Shown here in pieces: positions 8,805 to 18,057 of a stretch of 64,000 nucleotides of DNA (position 1 is the stretch's first letter; every line of letters starts with the position of its first letter). The DNA is from an uncultured delta proteobacterium (GTDB taxonomy: Bacteria > Desulfobacterota > BSN033 > UBA1163). The stretch is taken from positions 160,001 to 224,000 of the forward strand of contig CAVPSJ010000017.1 of the NCBI GenBank assembly GCA_963708295.1, written 5' to 3'. Position numbers and translations under genes: made by a program. Below the pieces are notes generated by a model. That model was not told where the DNA came from, did not search any database, and saw only the letters and a program-made list of their open reading frames with translations.

Positions 8805-9251
8805 ATGAGCTTGGAAGAGAGATTGGTCGAAGAGATGAAACAAGCCATGAAATCCAACGACAAGTTGCGACTTTCCACCATCCGGATGATTCGTTCTGGA
8901 GTGAAAAACAAGGAGATTGAACTGAGAAAGAAGTTGGAGGATGGGGAGATTGAACGGGTCATCCAGGTGATGGTCAGAAAGGGCGAGGAGTCTGTTGAAC
9001 AATTTCAAACCGGCGGGCGGACGGACCTGGTGGAGAAGGAGAAAAAAGAAATCGAAATATTGAAATCCTTTTTGCCTCACCCTCTTAGCCAGGAGGAGAT
9101 TTTGAAGATCATCGACCAAAGTATTCAAGAGACCCAAGCCTCATCCCCGAAGGACATAGGAAAAGTGATGAAATCCGTCATGCCCAAAATGGGGGGGAAA
9201 GCCGACGGGAAACTGATCAACCAGTTGGTGAAAGAAAGGCTTTCCCTATAA
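8805..9251 (+). CDS. yqeY: GatB/YqeY domain protein
   Basis: MKQAMKS..RLSTIRM, GRTDL..E..EIEIL..FLP, KDIGKVM..GKADG; follows rpsU. Confidence 0.92.
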   Translation: MSLEERLVEEMKQAMKSNDKLRLSTIRMIRSGVKNKEIELRKKLEDGEIERVIQVMVRKGEESVEQFQTGGRTDLVEKEKKEIEILKSFLPHPLSQEEILKIIDQSIQETQASSPKDIGKVMKSVMPKMGGKADGKLINQLVKERLSL

Positions 9252-9294
9252 ATTCCTCCTCGTGAGTGGTCATCCCAATTCCTTTCTCGGTTTT

Positions 9295-11649
9295 ATGAAT
9301 GATCGTTCTCTCAAGCTTCTAGAGTATCATTACCTCTTAAACATCCTGAAAGAGTATTGCACTTCCCCCCTCGGTCGGAAGCGCTGTGAAGCCTTAAGAC
9401 CTTCCCAAGACCTTCCATCGATCCAAACGCGATTGACTGAAGTGATGGAACTTAAGAAAATCCTTGAAACGAAGGGAGAGATCCCTCTCGGCGGGCTGAA
9501 AGATATTGAGGGGTTGTTCAGTAAACTGGAAATCGAAGGATCGGTGCTCGAAGTCCAGGAATTATTGGAGGTCTACCATCAAATCATATTGTGTAAAGAG
9601 CTCAAGCGATTCTTCCAAAAATTGGACGATGTCAAAGTTCCTCATCTTCAGGAGAAGATCTCCAGGCTTTCGTACCAAAAGCCATTGGAGAAGATGATCC
9701 TTCAGACGATCAGCACAAAAGGCGAGATTCTCGACCGAGCCAGCGCGGGCCTTTTAGATATCCGCCAACGGCTGGGAGAGGTCAGAGAAAAGGTGAAGGG
9801 GGTGCTCGAATCCCTTCTCCGTCGAGGGGATCTGCAGTCCATCTTTCAGGAGCAGCTCATTACGTTAAGAAGTGGACGATATGTTGTTCTGATCAAATCC
9901 GATTCGGAAAGACGGCTTGAAGGGATCATCCACGATCATTCCCAGAGCCGGATGACCTACTTCTTTGAGCCCCTTCAGGTCGTTTCCATCAATAACGAGA
10001 TCAATGTCCTCATCGGAGAAGAGAAGGAGGAAGAGTACCGAATTCTGGCAGGCCTGACCGATCAGGTCCGGGAAGAAAGGCAGACCCTCCGGAACGACTT
10101 TGAATTATTGGGAGAGTTGGATCTCCTCTTAGCGATGGCACGGCTCTCCTCCCGTTTGAAGGGGATTTACCCGCTTTTGAATGAGGAGGGCAGAATTGAG
10201 ATGAAGGACGCTCGAAATCCTCTCCTCGCCCTTCAACGTGAAGATCGGGTGGTTCCGGTCACCTTGCGGATGGGAGGTGGGAAGAAAGTCCTGATCATCA
10301 GCGGAGCGAATGCGGGTGGGAAGACCGTTGCCTTGAAGACATTGGGGCTTCTGACGTTAATGGTTCAATCCGGTCTTCCGATCCCCGTGGCAGAGGGAAG
10401 CCACGTTGGAATCTTCCGAGACATTTTTGCGGTGATCGGCGATGAACAGAATATCGAAGAGAATCTGAGCACGTTTTCCAGCCACCTCCTCCATGTGAAC
10501 CAAATCTTAGAGAATGCAGGACCCCATTCCCTTATTCTTTTGGATGAACTCGGGGTGGGAACTCACGCCCAAGAGGGGTGCGCCCTGGCCATGGGCTTTT
10601 TGGATCGATTCCGGGAAAGTGGAGCTTCCGCCGTGATCACCACTCACTTCGATCGTCTCAAGGCCTACGGATACCTCCATCCGGACGTAGAGAATGTGGC
10701 CGTTGAATTTGACGAAAAGACGATGGAGCCCAGATATAGGCTGTCCTACGGGTCGTCGGGGTTGAGCAATGCCTTTCTGATCGCTGAGAAGTTAGGAATT
10801 TCAGAGAAGGTCCTGGAGGCAGCCCGTCTTCATCGGGACGGAAGCGGTGAGGAGATTGCGCATGTCTTGTCGGCTTTGGAGAGGCTAAAGAGGGAGGCCG
10901 AGAAAGAAAAGCGCCAAGCCTCGGAGATGAGGGAGGAGGCCAGGCTCGAACATGAAAGATTAAAGAAAATACTGGAGGCGATCAAGGACAGGAGGCTGAA
11001 AATCTACGCCCAGGCTGAGGAGAGGGCGAGAAAGGCCGTCCAGAAAGTTGAAGAGGCGCTGAAGGAATGGGCCGTTCATAGAAAAGAGGAGAAAATCCCG
11101 CTCTCACTCCAACGCAAAGAAATTCAGGATATCCGAGAGAGGTTTCTTCCCTCCCTTAGAAAGAAGGGACGTCCTGCAATACCGGGTGGCTTGAGGGTGG
11201 GGGAACGTGTTAGAATTGAAAGCCTTCGAAGCACCGGGATTCTAACGGAAGTAAAAGAGCCGCTCAATCGCGTGGAAGTGCTGACGGATAAGGCCAAAGT
11301 AAAAGCTCCCCTCTCTGAAATCGTCCAGGCACTACCGGATGAAGACGATGAAGAGAAAAAGAGGATCCCCGAAGGTCCAGCTCTTTTAAAAGGGGCCGTC
11401 GATGGGCCTTCCTCCCAATTAAATGTCATCGGGTTGACGGTAGAAGATGCCCTTCCAAAAGTTGATAAATTTATCGATCAAGCCCTCCTCCATGGGCTGG
11501 AGAGGGTCCAGATTATCCATGGGGTAGGTTCCGGCAGGTTGCGGGATGCCATCGGTCGATACTTGAGTGGACATCGGGCTGTAAAAAGTTTATCTTCCGG
11601 GGAAGCGATGAAGGGTGGCCGTGGCTTGACCATCGTCGAGTTGAAGTAA
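9295..11649 (+). CDS. mutS2: Endonuclease MutS2
   Basis: P-loop SGANAGGKT, IGDEQNIEENLSTFSSH, LLDELG, C-terminal Smr domain IIHGVGSGRL. Confidence 0.95.
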   Translation: MNDRSLKLLEYHYLLNILKEYCTSPLGRKRCEALRPSQDLPSIQTRLTEVMELKKILETKGEIPLGGLKDIEGLFSKLEIEGSVLEVQELLEVYHQIILCKELKRFFQKLDDVKVPHLQEKISRLSYQKPLEKMILQTISTKGEILDRASAGLLDIRQRLGEVREKVKGVLESLLRRGDLQSIFQEQLITLRSGRYVVLIKSDSERRLEGIIHDHSQSRMTYFFEPLQVVSINNEINVLIGEEKEEEYRILAGLTDQVREERQTLRNDFELLGELDLLLAMARLSSRLKGIYPLLNEEGRIEMKDARNPLLALQREDRVVPVTLRMGGGKKVLIISGANAGGKTVALKTLGLLTLMVQSGLPIPVAEGSHVGIFRDIFAVIGDEQNIEENLSTFSSHLLHVNQILENAGPHSLILLDELGVGTHAQEGCALAMGFLDRFRESGASAVITTHFDRLKAYGYLHPDVENVAVEFDEKTMEPRYRLSYGSSGLSNAFLIAEKLGISEKVLEAARLHRDGSGEEIAHVLSALERLKREAEKEKRQASEMREEARLEHERLKKILEAIKDRRLKIYAQAEERARKAVQKVEEALKEWAVHRKEEKIPLSLQRKEIQDIRERFLPSLRKKGRPAIPGGLRVGERVRIESLRSTGILTEVKEPLNRVEVLTDKAKVKAPLSEIVQALPDEDDEEKKRIPEGPALLKGAVDGPSSQLNVIGLTVEDALPKVDKFIDQALLHGLERVQIIHGVGSGRLRDAIGRYLSGHRAVKSLSSGEAMKGGRGLTIVELK

Positions 11650-11965
11650 AACCCGGTGGGTCGGGCAGGGGTTCGATCTCTTCCTTCAGAAAAAGCTGAA
11701 GCGATGGATGATACCATCCCCGCCATGAGACTGTGTGGTGATCATGATGAAGGAAGGATTTGGCCGGGACAGGCAGTCAGGCTCCTCAGCTTTGGGACGC
11801 GGTCATTTAGTAGAGTTATGGGTCATCGAGATCATTCCAAATCTAATCTTTTCAGTGACTTGCGGCCAGGTAGCTGACCGTTAAAAGGTTTCCGCCTAAA
11901 GATTTGTCACCTGACCGCCTATCCCTTCTTGCAACAGAAGTGGTTTTTCGTTAATTTATGATGCA

Positions 11966-11990
11966 GCCTCCATTGACTGGGGGCTTTCTT
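11966..11990 (+). terminator. Hairpin plus T-tract just upstream of dnaG (possible attenuating terminator)
   Basis: AGCCTCCA-ttgac-TGGGGGCT-TTCTT. Confidence 0.4.
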
Positions 11991-12010
11991 ACGGGGTAAA
12001 CCGTTTGGCC

Positions 12011-13852
12011 ATGGGGTTCTTATCCGAGGAAAAGGTTTCGGAAATTCGGGACCGGTCCAGCATTCTGGAGGTTGTCTCGGATTATGTGACCTTGAAAAAG
12101 ACGGGAAAGAACTATAAGGGGCTCTGTCCCTTTCACGCCGAAAAAACTCCTTCCTTCATGGTCAATGAGGAGAAACAGATTTTTCACTGCTTCGGTTGCG
12201 GGGAGGGAGGAGATGCCTTTACTTTCCTGATGAAAGCAGGGCATTTTTCGTTTCCCGAGGCCGTGGAAGAACTGGCCAGGCGGTACGGGGTAAAACTTCC
12301 TTCCCGCGAGCCTTCTCCGGCTCAAAAGAAGGAGATGGCCCAACAAGAAGCCCTCTTCCAGATCAACCAGATTGCCTCAGACTATTTTCATGATCTCCTC
12401 ATCCGGCGCCGAGAGGGCGAGGAGGGCAGAAAATACATCTCACAAAGAGGAATCAACCGCGAAATCATCGACGAACACCGGCTGGGGTATTCAACCGACC
12501 GCTGGAATGGCCTGGTTCAGCATCTCCAGGAGAAGGGGGTCTCCCTCGAACTGGCATCGAAACTGGGTTTGATCTTTCCGAGGAGCAAAGCCGGAGGCTC
12601 GGCTCTGCGAGAAGGTCGAAAAATCGACGCCTCGGGTTGGTATGATGCTTTTCGAGGAAGGGTCCTCTTTCCCATTTTCGACATTCCCCGCCGGGTCGTC
12701 GGGTTCGGGGGGAGGATGATTCGAGAAGGACAACCCAAGTATCTTAATTCTCCGGAGTCGAGCATTTATCATAAAGGGGAGGTCCTCTACGGCCTCCCTG
12801 TGGCCAAGCGCTATGCCGCCGAGAAGGATTGCATGATGATCGTCGAGGGCTACTTCGATCTTTTAACCCTCCACCAATACGGTCTGAAGCACAGTGTGGC
12901 CACTTTAGGAACGGCGCTGACTCCACAACATATTCGAACCCTTAAACGATACACAAAAAACTTGACGACCGTGTTTGATGCGGATCCGGCGGGAGTCCAA
13001 GCGACACTTCGCTCGCTCCCTCTCTGTTTAGAAGAAGAGGTTGCTGGGAAGATGATCGCTCTCCCCGGGGGGGAAGACCCGGACGGATTCCTAAGAAAAG
13101 GAAATCTGGAAGACTTCGAGAAAAGGGCGGAGCGCGCTATTCCTCTGATCGATTTCTTTTTTGAGCGGCTGATGAAGACCCATGACGTGAAATCCGTCGA
13201 TGGCAAGGTTAGAATAGCGAAGGAGGGTGTGGCCCTTCTCGGTAAAATTCCAGACAAGATTCGAAGAGATTTCTATACAAAGGCTTTGGCGGAGAGGCTG
13301 GATGTCAAGGAATCCTTTCTCTATGAGATTCTCGGGCCCTCTTCCCGGGAGTCCTCCAACGCAAGAGAAAATGTAAGAAAGTCATCCGCGGAGAGAAGCT
13401 TTCCAAGGTCAGAAGAAATGGTGGTCCATCTCATGGCTCAACATCCAGACATCATCCCCGCCGTTTCGAAGGAGGATGTCCTGAAGGAGTTTGAAAGCCC
13501 GATCCTGCAGAAAATAGCTGAGGCGCTGGAAGATCTTTATCAGAGAAGGGGAAGGTTTACTCTGCCCCAAGCGTTAGCTCACTTTGACGAGGATCTCAAA
13601 GGGAGGTTGTCTGAGTTCGTCTTTCAGGAAAATGGATCGGAAGAAGGGGATCGGGGAAAGATCTTGCAGGACTGTATCCAAAAGATTCGTGAGAAAAGGA
13701 TAAAAAAGGAAAGGGGTGAGTTGCAAAGAAGAATTAAAGAGGTGGATCAACAGCAGGAGGATAAAAGGCTGGATCCTCTTTTGAAACAGAAGCTGGAACT
13801 GGCAAGGCAGAGGGAACAAGGCCTTCAGAAAGGCGGCTTTCGCAGACGGTAG
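12011..13852 (+). CDS. dnaG: DNA primase
   Basis: Zn finger [51 protein letters not shown]. Confidence 0.97.
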   Translation: MGFLSEEKVSEIRDRSSILEVVSDYVTLKKTGKNYKGLCPFHAEKTPSFMVNEEKQIFHCFGCGEGGDAFTFLMKAGHFSFPEAVEELARRYGVKLPSREPSPAQKKEMAQQEALFQINQIASDYFHDLLIRRREGEEGRKYISQRGINREIIDEHRLGYSTDRWNGLVQHLQEKGVSLELASKLGLIFPRSKAGGSALREGRKIDASGWYDAFRGRVLFPIFDIPRRVVGFGGRMIREGQPKYLNSPESSIYHKGEVLYGLPVAKRYAAEKDCMMIVEGYFDLLTLHQYGLKHSVATLGTALTPQHIRTLKRYTKNLTTVFDADPAGVQATLRSLPLCLEEEVAGKMIALPGGEDPDGFLRKGNLEDFEKRAERAIPLIDFFFERLMKTHDVKSVDGKVRIAKEGVALLGKIPDKIRRDFYTKALAERLDVKESFLYEILGPSSRESSNARENVRKSSAERSFPRSEEMVVHLMAQHPDIIPAVSKEDVLKEFESPILQKIAEALEDLYQRRGRFTLPQALAHFDEDLKGRLSEFVFQENGSEEGDRGKILQDCIQKIREKRIKKERGELQRRIKEVDQQQEDKRLDPLLKQKLELARQREQGLQKGGFRRR

Positions 13853-13863
13853 GGGGAGAGGCT

Positions 13864-15654
13864 ATGGCGAAGGGCGGGAAGATTAAAGAAGTTGAACAAT
13901 TGATCAACATGGAGGGGGAAAAAGGATTTTTGACCTTTGATGAGTCGAATGATATTCCTTCCAACGATATTGTCTCTTCGGACCAGATTGACGATGTCCT
14001 GATGATGTTCGACGAAATGGACATCGATATGGTGGATGATCTCCAAGGGTTGAAAGTGGAGGAAGAGAAGGCCGTAGAGAAAGAGGAGGAAAGCGACGAG
14101 TTAGACGTGGAGACCTTTGGCAGGGCCACGGATCCCGTCCGGATGTATCTCCGCGAAATGGGGTCGGTTTCCCTCCTGACCCGGGAAGGGGAGGTGGAGA
14201 TCGCCAAAAGGATTGAAAGCGGCAAGAGAGAAGTACTGAGCGTTGTCTTGAACTGCCCCATGGCGGTCAAAGAAGTCATCAATCTGGGGAGCATGATTAA
14301 AACTGGAAAGGTGGAGATTCGGGAGATCACCAACGAGATTGACGAGGAGGAGACCAGCTTTGAGGAAGAGCAGATCCAAAAAAAGCAGATTTTGGACGTC
14401 ATCGAAAAGATTAAGCGGAAAGCCGAAGACCTTCGGGCACTGCTGAGAGGGAAGACTTTGCTGAAGAAGAAGGTGCAGAAGCAGGGGAAGAAGAAACAGA
14501 AAGAGATCCACGGGAGACAGAAGGGGACGAAGGGGAAACAGGAGGAGATTAAGAAGCGACGGGAAGAGATCCTGGAATTGTTTAACCGGATGAATCTGAG
14601 GGATACTCAAATAAATAAGATCGTTCAGAAGTTGAAGCAGATGCTGAACCGGATGGAGAAAGGGGAGAGCGAAATCAAGAAGATCGAAGATAAGTGGGGG
14701 ATTTCTGCTCAGGACGCGCGGACCACTCTCAGGAAGTTGAAGGGAAGGCGTGTGAGTGAAAAGAAACTTCTTCGAACCCGAAAATTGAATAAACGTGACC
14801 TCCAGGAGGTTTGCCGAGCGGTCACGGTGGTTCAAAAAAAGATCCACAAAATGGAAATAGAAAGCGGTTTAACGGCTGACCGGTTGGCCGCAGCGGTGAA
14901 AGCGGTTGTGGAAGGGGAGACAAGGGCCAAGGAGGCCAAGAGTGAACTGGTGAAGGCGAACTTGAGGCTGGTCGTTTCCATTGCCAAGAAATATACGAAT
15001 CGTGGGCTTCAATTCTTAGACCTTATTCAGGAAGGGAATATCGGGTTGATGAAAGCGGTGGATAAATTTGAATACCAGCGGGGTTACAAGTTTAGCACCT
15101 ATGCGACCTGGTGGATCCGGCAAGCGATCACGCGGGCCATCGCGGATCAGGCGCGGACCATTCGGATCCCCGTTCACATGATCGAGACGATCAATAAGCT
15201 CATCCGGACCTCCCGGGGCCTCGTTCAGGAGATCGGGAGAGAGCCTACGCCGGAAGAGATTGCCGACAAGATGGATATGGCCTTGGATAAGGTGAGGAAG
15301 GTGTTGAAGATCGCCAAAGAACCTATTTCCCTTGAAACACCGATTGGTGAAGAGGAGGACAGTCACCTGGGGGACTTCATCGAAGACAAAGCGATCATCT
15401 CCCCCCAGGAAGCGGTGATCAGCGCCAATCTGTCGGAGCAAACCCGAAAGGTCCTGGCCAGCCTCACCCCCAGAGAGGAGAAAGTGTTGAGGATGCGGTT
15501 TGGAATCGGAGAGAAGTATGACCATACGCTGGAAGAAGTGGGGCAGGATTTTGATGTTACCCGGGAGAGAATCCGACAGATCGAGGCAAAGGCATTAAGG
15601 AAACTGCGACATCCCAGCCGGGCGACGAAGTTGAAAAGTTTTCTTGAAACGTGA
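13864..15654 (+). CDS. rpoD: RNA polymerase primary sigma factor
   Basis: [49 protein letters not shown]. Confidence 0.98.
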   Translation: MAKGGKIKEVEQLINMEGEKGFLTFDESNDIPSNDIVSSDQIDDVLMMFDEMDIDMVDDLQGLKVEEEKAVEKEEESDELDVETFGRATDPVRMYLREMGSVSLLTREGEVEIAKRIESGKREVLSVVLNCPMAVKEVINLGSMIKTGKVEIREITNEIDEEETSFEEEQIQKKQILDVIEKIKRKAEDLRALLRGKTLLKKKVQKQGKKKQKEIHGRQKGTKGKQEEIKKRREEILELFNRMNLRDTQINKIVQKLKQMLNRMEKGESEIKKIEDKWGISAQDARTTLRKLKGRRVSEKKLLRTRKLNKRDLQEVCRAVTVVQKKIHKMEIESGLTADRLAAAVKAVVEGETRAKEAKSELVKANLRLVVSIAKKYTNRGLQFLDLIQEGNIGLMKAVDKFEYQRGYKFSTYATWWIRQAITRAIADQARTIRIPVHMIETINKLIRTSRGLVQEIGREPTPEEIADKMDMALDKVRKVLKIAKEPISLETPIGEEEDSHLGDFIEDKAIISPQEAVISANLSEQTRKVLASLTPREEKVLRMRFGIGEKYDHTLEEVGQDFDVTRERIRQIEAKALRKLRHPSRATKLKSFLET

Positions 15655-15657
15655 TCA

Positions 15658-15740
15658 GTTCGGAGTTCGTAGTTATAATCCCTGAACCGCAAAGATGGAG
15701 TTTTGTCGCTCCGATCACTGAACTCCGAACTCAGAACTGA
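15658..15740. repeat. Inverted 7-mer array (AGTTCGG / CCGAACT) after rpoD
   Basis: agttcggagttcgtagtt ... tgaactccgaactcagaact. Confidence 0.6.
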
Positions 15741-15747
15741 TTCAGGG

Positions 15748-15775
15748 TTGACACTCTCTGCGGACAACCTATAAT
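15748..15775 (+). promoter_or_regulatory. Consensus sigma70 promoter of the tRNA
   Basis: TTGACA-16 nt-TATAAT. Confidence 0.75.
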
Positions 15776-15786
15776 ATAGTAAGAAC

Positions 15787-15862
15787 GGGCCCATAGCTCA
15801 GCTGGAAGAGCCACCGGCTCATAACCGGTAGGTCCCTGGTTCGAACCCAGGTGGGCCCACCA
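15787..15862 (+). tRNA. tRNA with CAT anticodon, most likely tRNA-Ile2 (lysidine)
   Basis: GGGCCCA/TGGGCCC acceptor stem, ACCGG-CTCATAA-CCGGT anticodon arm, TTCGAA T-loop, encoded CCA; G1:C72 pair argues against initiator Met. Confidence 0.92.
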
Positions 15863-15931
15863 GGAAAGTGGGGAATCTCTTATGCACTCCTTTGGGATAA
15901 AAGAAAGGATGCCCGTAAGCTTGGGGGGAAT

Positions 15932-15968
15932 AAAAAGAGTGCATCCGAGGGATGCACTCTTTTTATTT
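15932..15968 (+). terminator. Intrinsic terminator after the tRNA
   Basis: AAAAAGAGTGCATCC-gag-GGATGCACTCTTTTT. Confidence 0.8.
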
Positions 15969-16024
15969 GGGGATAAACTCGTTGAGATCTAGTCCTACGG
16001 AGGCTGGCGGATAGGAGGCAAAGT

Positions 16025-16744
16025 TTGAGGACGCAATTAGAGTTGCTATGGGAGCTTCAAAAAATTGATCTTGGACTGAAGGGGATTCAGGAAGAAAAAG
16101 ATCGGTATCCCAAGGAGATGAAAAAGCTGGATGAGAAACAGAAGGTCGAGAGAGAGAGGATTGAAAAGGAGAAGGAGAAGGTCGAGTCCTTAGAGAAGAC
16201 GCGGAGGCAAAAAGAGGGACAGCTCAATTTGGAGCAAGAAAAAATCAAGCGGACCGAAGCAAAGATGTCTGAAGTGAAGACCAATAAAGAGTATCAGGCC
16301 CTCCTCAGCGAAATTGATGCCATCAAGGAAGCGAACGGCCGGATGGAAGAGGAGATCCTCCGGGTCATGGACGAAATTGATGGACTCAAGAAGGACCTCT
16401 CCAAAAGGGAAAAAGACGTGGGGGCCACCCTGGAAAAAATTGAGGCCGAGCGAAAGAAGCTTCAGCAACAAATGTCCCATGACGAAAAGATCTGGGAAAA
16501 ACAGATGGAACGCAGAGAGGTCCTTTCGAAGCAGATCGAAGCCAAATGGGTGAAGCTCTATCATACCCTGAAGGAAAAGAGACAGGGGGTGGGCGTGGTC
16601 AGCGTGAAGCATGAGACTTGCCAGGGGTGTTTTGTAAACGTCCCTCCTCAATTGTTCATCGAGGTCCAGAAAAACAATGCCCTCCTCCGGTGTCCCCACT
16701 GCAACCGTATTCTCTATTGGGAAGGAGATCCGAATACGAAGTGA
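16025..16744 (+). CDS. Coiled-coil C4 zinc-ribbon protein (DUF164/CT398-like)
   Basis: Long coiled coil, KTNKEYQAL, CQGC...CPHCNRILY; usual position after rpoD-tRNA. Confidence 0.9.
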   Translation: MRTQLELLWELQKIDLGLKGIQEEKDRYPKEMKKLDEKQKVERERIEKEKEKVESLEKTRRQKEGQLNLEQEKIKRTEAKMSEVKTNKEYQALLSEIDAIKEANGRMEEEILRVMDEIDGLKKDLSKREKDVGATLEKIEAERKKLQQQMSHDEKIWEKQMERREVLSKQIEAKWVKLYHTLKEKRQGVGVVSVKHETCQGCFVNVPPQLFIEVQKNNALLRCPHCNRILYWEGDPNTK

Positions 16745-16861
16745 AATCCTTGGAGGCAGAAGATCGGCGGGTCATTCAAATGGATCAGGTCTCCGGGGAT
16801 TTGGGAAGGGCAGCAGAAGGGTTACCGAATCTGGCGATCCAGCGAAGATTACAAAGGAGAG

Positions 16862-17355
16862 GGGGAGTTGACGGGGAACAGATGGTCGCTCCTTCTGAGG
16901 GCCCGTAAAGCCGGGCAGTCGGGAGGAGAGGAAAGTCCGAGCTCCGCAGGGCAGGGTGGTCCGTAACGCGGACTGTCCCGGAATCCTGAAACGTAGGGTT
17001 TCGAGATAAGGAAAGTGCCACAGAAAACATACCGCCCAGTGGAATGGCGTGTGCGCCTGCCCACAGGGTAAGGGTGAAAAGGTGAGGTAAGAGCTCACCA
17101 GTGCCCTGAGCGATTGGGGCAGCTAGGTAAACCCCACCCGGAGCAAGACCAAATAGGTTCCGCTCTCCGCTCAGGCGGAGTGAGAAAAGCCCATTCAAGT
17201 TTGTCTCGAGGCCATGCATCGGGGCAAGGGCGGGACGGGTGAGGTCGCTTGAGGTCCTGAGCAATCAGGACCCTAGATAAATGGCCATCCCCCGGTTCCC
17301 GCTGAAAGCGGGATCGGGATGACAGAACTCGGCTTATGGTCCCTTTCAACTCCCT
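16862..17355 (+). ncRNA. rnpB: RNase P RNA (type A)
   Basis: GAGGAAAGTCCGAGCT, GAAAGTGCCACAGAAA, GGTAAACCCC..GGAGCAAG, ACAGAACTCGGCTTA; P1 GGGAGTTGA/TCAACTCCC. Confidence 0.95.
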
Positions 17356-17428
17356 TTTCATTTTTCTAAGAAGTGAATAAAGTTCTAAATTGGAACACAA
17401 TTCCTGTGTGGGCGCTTAAATAATCTCT

Positions 17429-18001
17429 ATGAAACACAAGAGTCAAACCGCCTGGATCCTTGGAGGGATTCTTTTCTTTTCGGTGTTGATTCTTCCTCTC
17501 CCGGTCTTCTGTCAAAAGGCCGCCATTCGGGATATCCAACTGAAGCGGGCAGAGGGGGTCTGGAAGATCAGTTTTGATGTTGAGGACTGTTTTACGGAAA
17601 AGATCGAGGAGGCCATCCAGTCGGGGATACCGACGACATTCACCTTCTATATCCATCTCCATCAGAAAAGAGGCTGGTGGAAGGATCGAAAATTGGCCTC
17701 CGTCGAGGTTCGCCACACGGTCCAGTACCATCCCATCCAAAAGGTCTATCAAATAAAACTGGGAGAAGACCATTCGGCTCTGGCTGCTTCGAGTCTGGAG
17801 GAAGCCAAGAAGATGATGTCAAGAGTCAGAGAGTTGGGTATTCGGCCTTCCTCCCCGTTTGAACCGGGAGTTCCCGCGTACTTCCGAATCAAAGCTGAAT
17901 TGGATCCGGTCAGGCTTCCTCTTCATCTCGAGTATCTCTTCTTTTTCGTCTCCCTGTGGGATTTTGAAACCGATTGGGTGATCCAGCCGCTCCCGCCTTA
18001 A
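17429..18001 (+). CDS. DUF4390 family exported protein
   Basis: Signal peptide, AIQSGIPTTF, FFVSLWDFETDW; precedes the NtrY-like kinase. Confidence 0.8.
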   Translation: MKHKSQTAWILGGILFFSVLILPLPVFCQKAAIRDIQLKRAEGVWKISFDVEDCFTEKIEEAIQSGIPTTFTFYIHLHQKRGWWKDRKLASVEVRHTVQYHPIQKVYQIKLGEDHSALAASSLEEAKKMMSRVRELGIRPSSPFEPGVPAYFRIKAELDPVRLPLHLEYLFFFVSLWDFETDWVIQPLPP

Positions 18002-18057
18002 GAATCCCGCCTCGCCCCTTTGCGAAAGGGGGTCGGAGGGATTAAAATGGTTGATCA

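Noticed and set aside
16772-17400. Several minus-strand ORFs
   Set aside because: Antisense to RNase P RNA.
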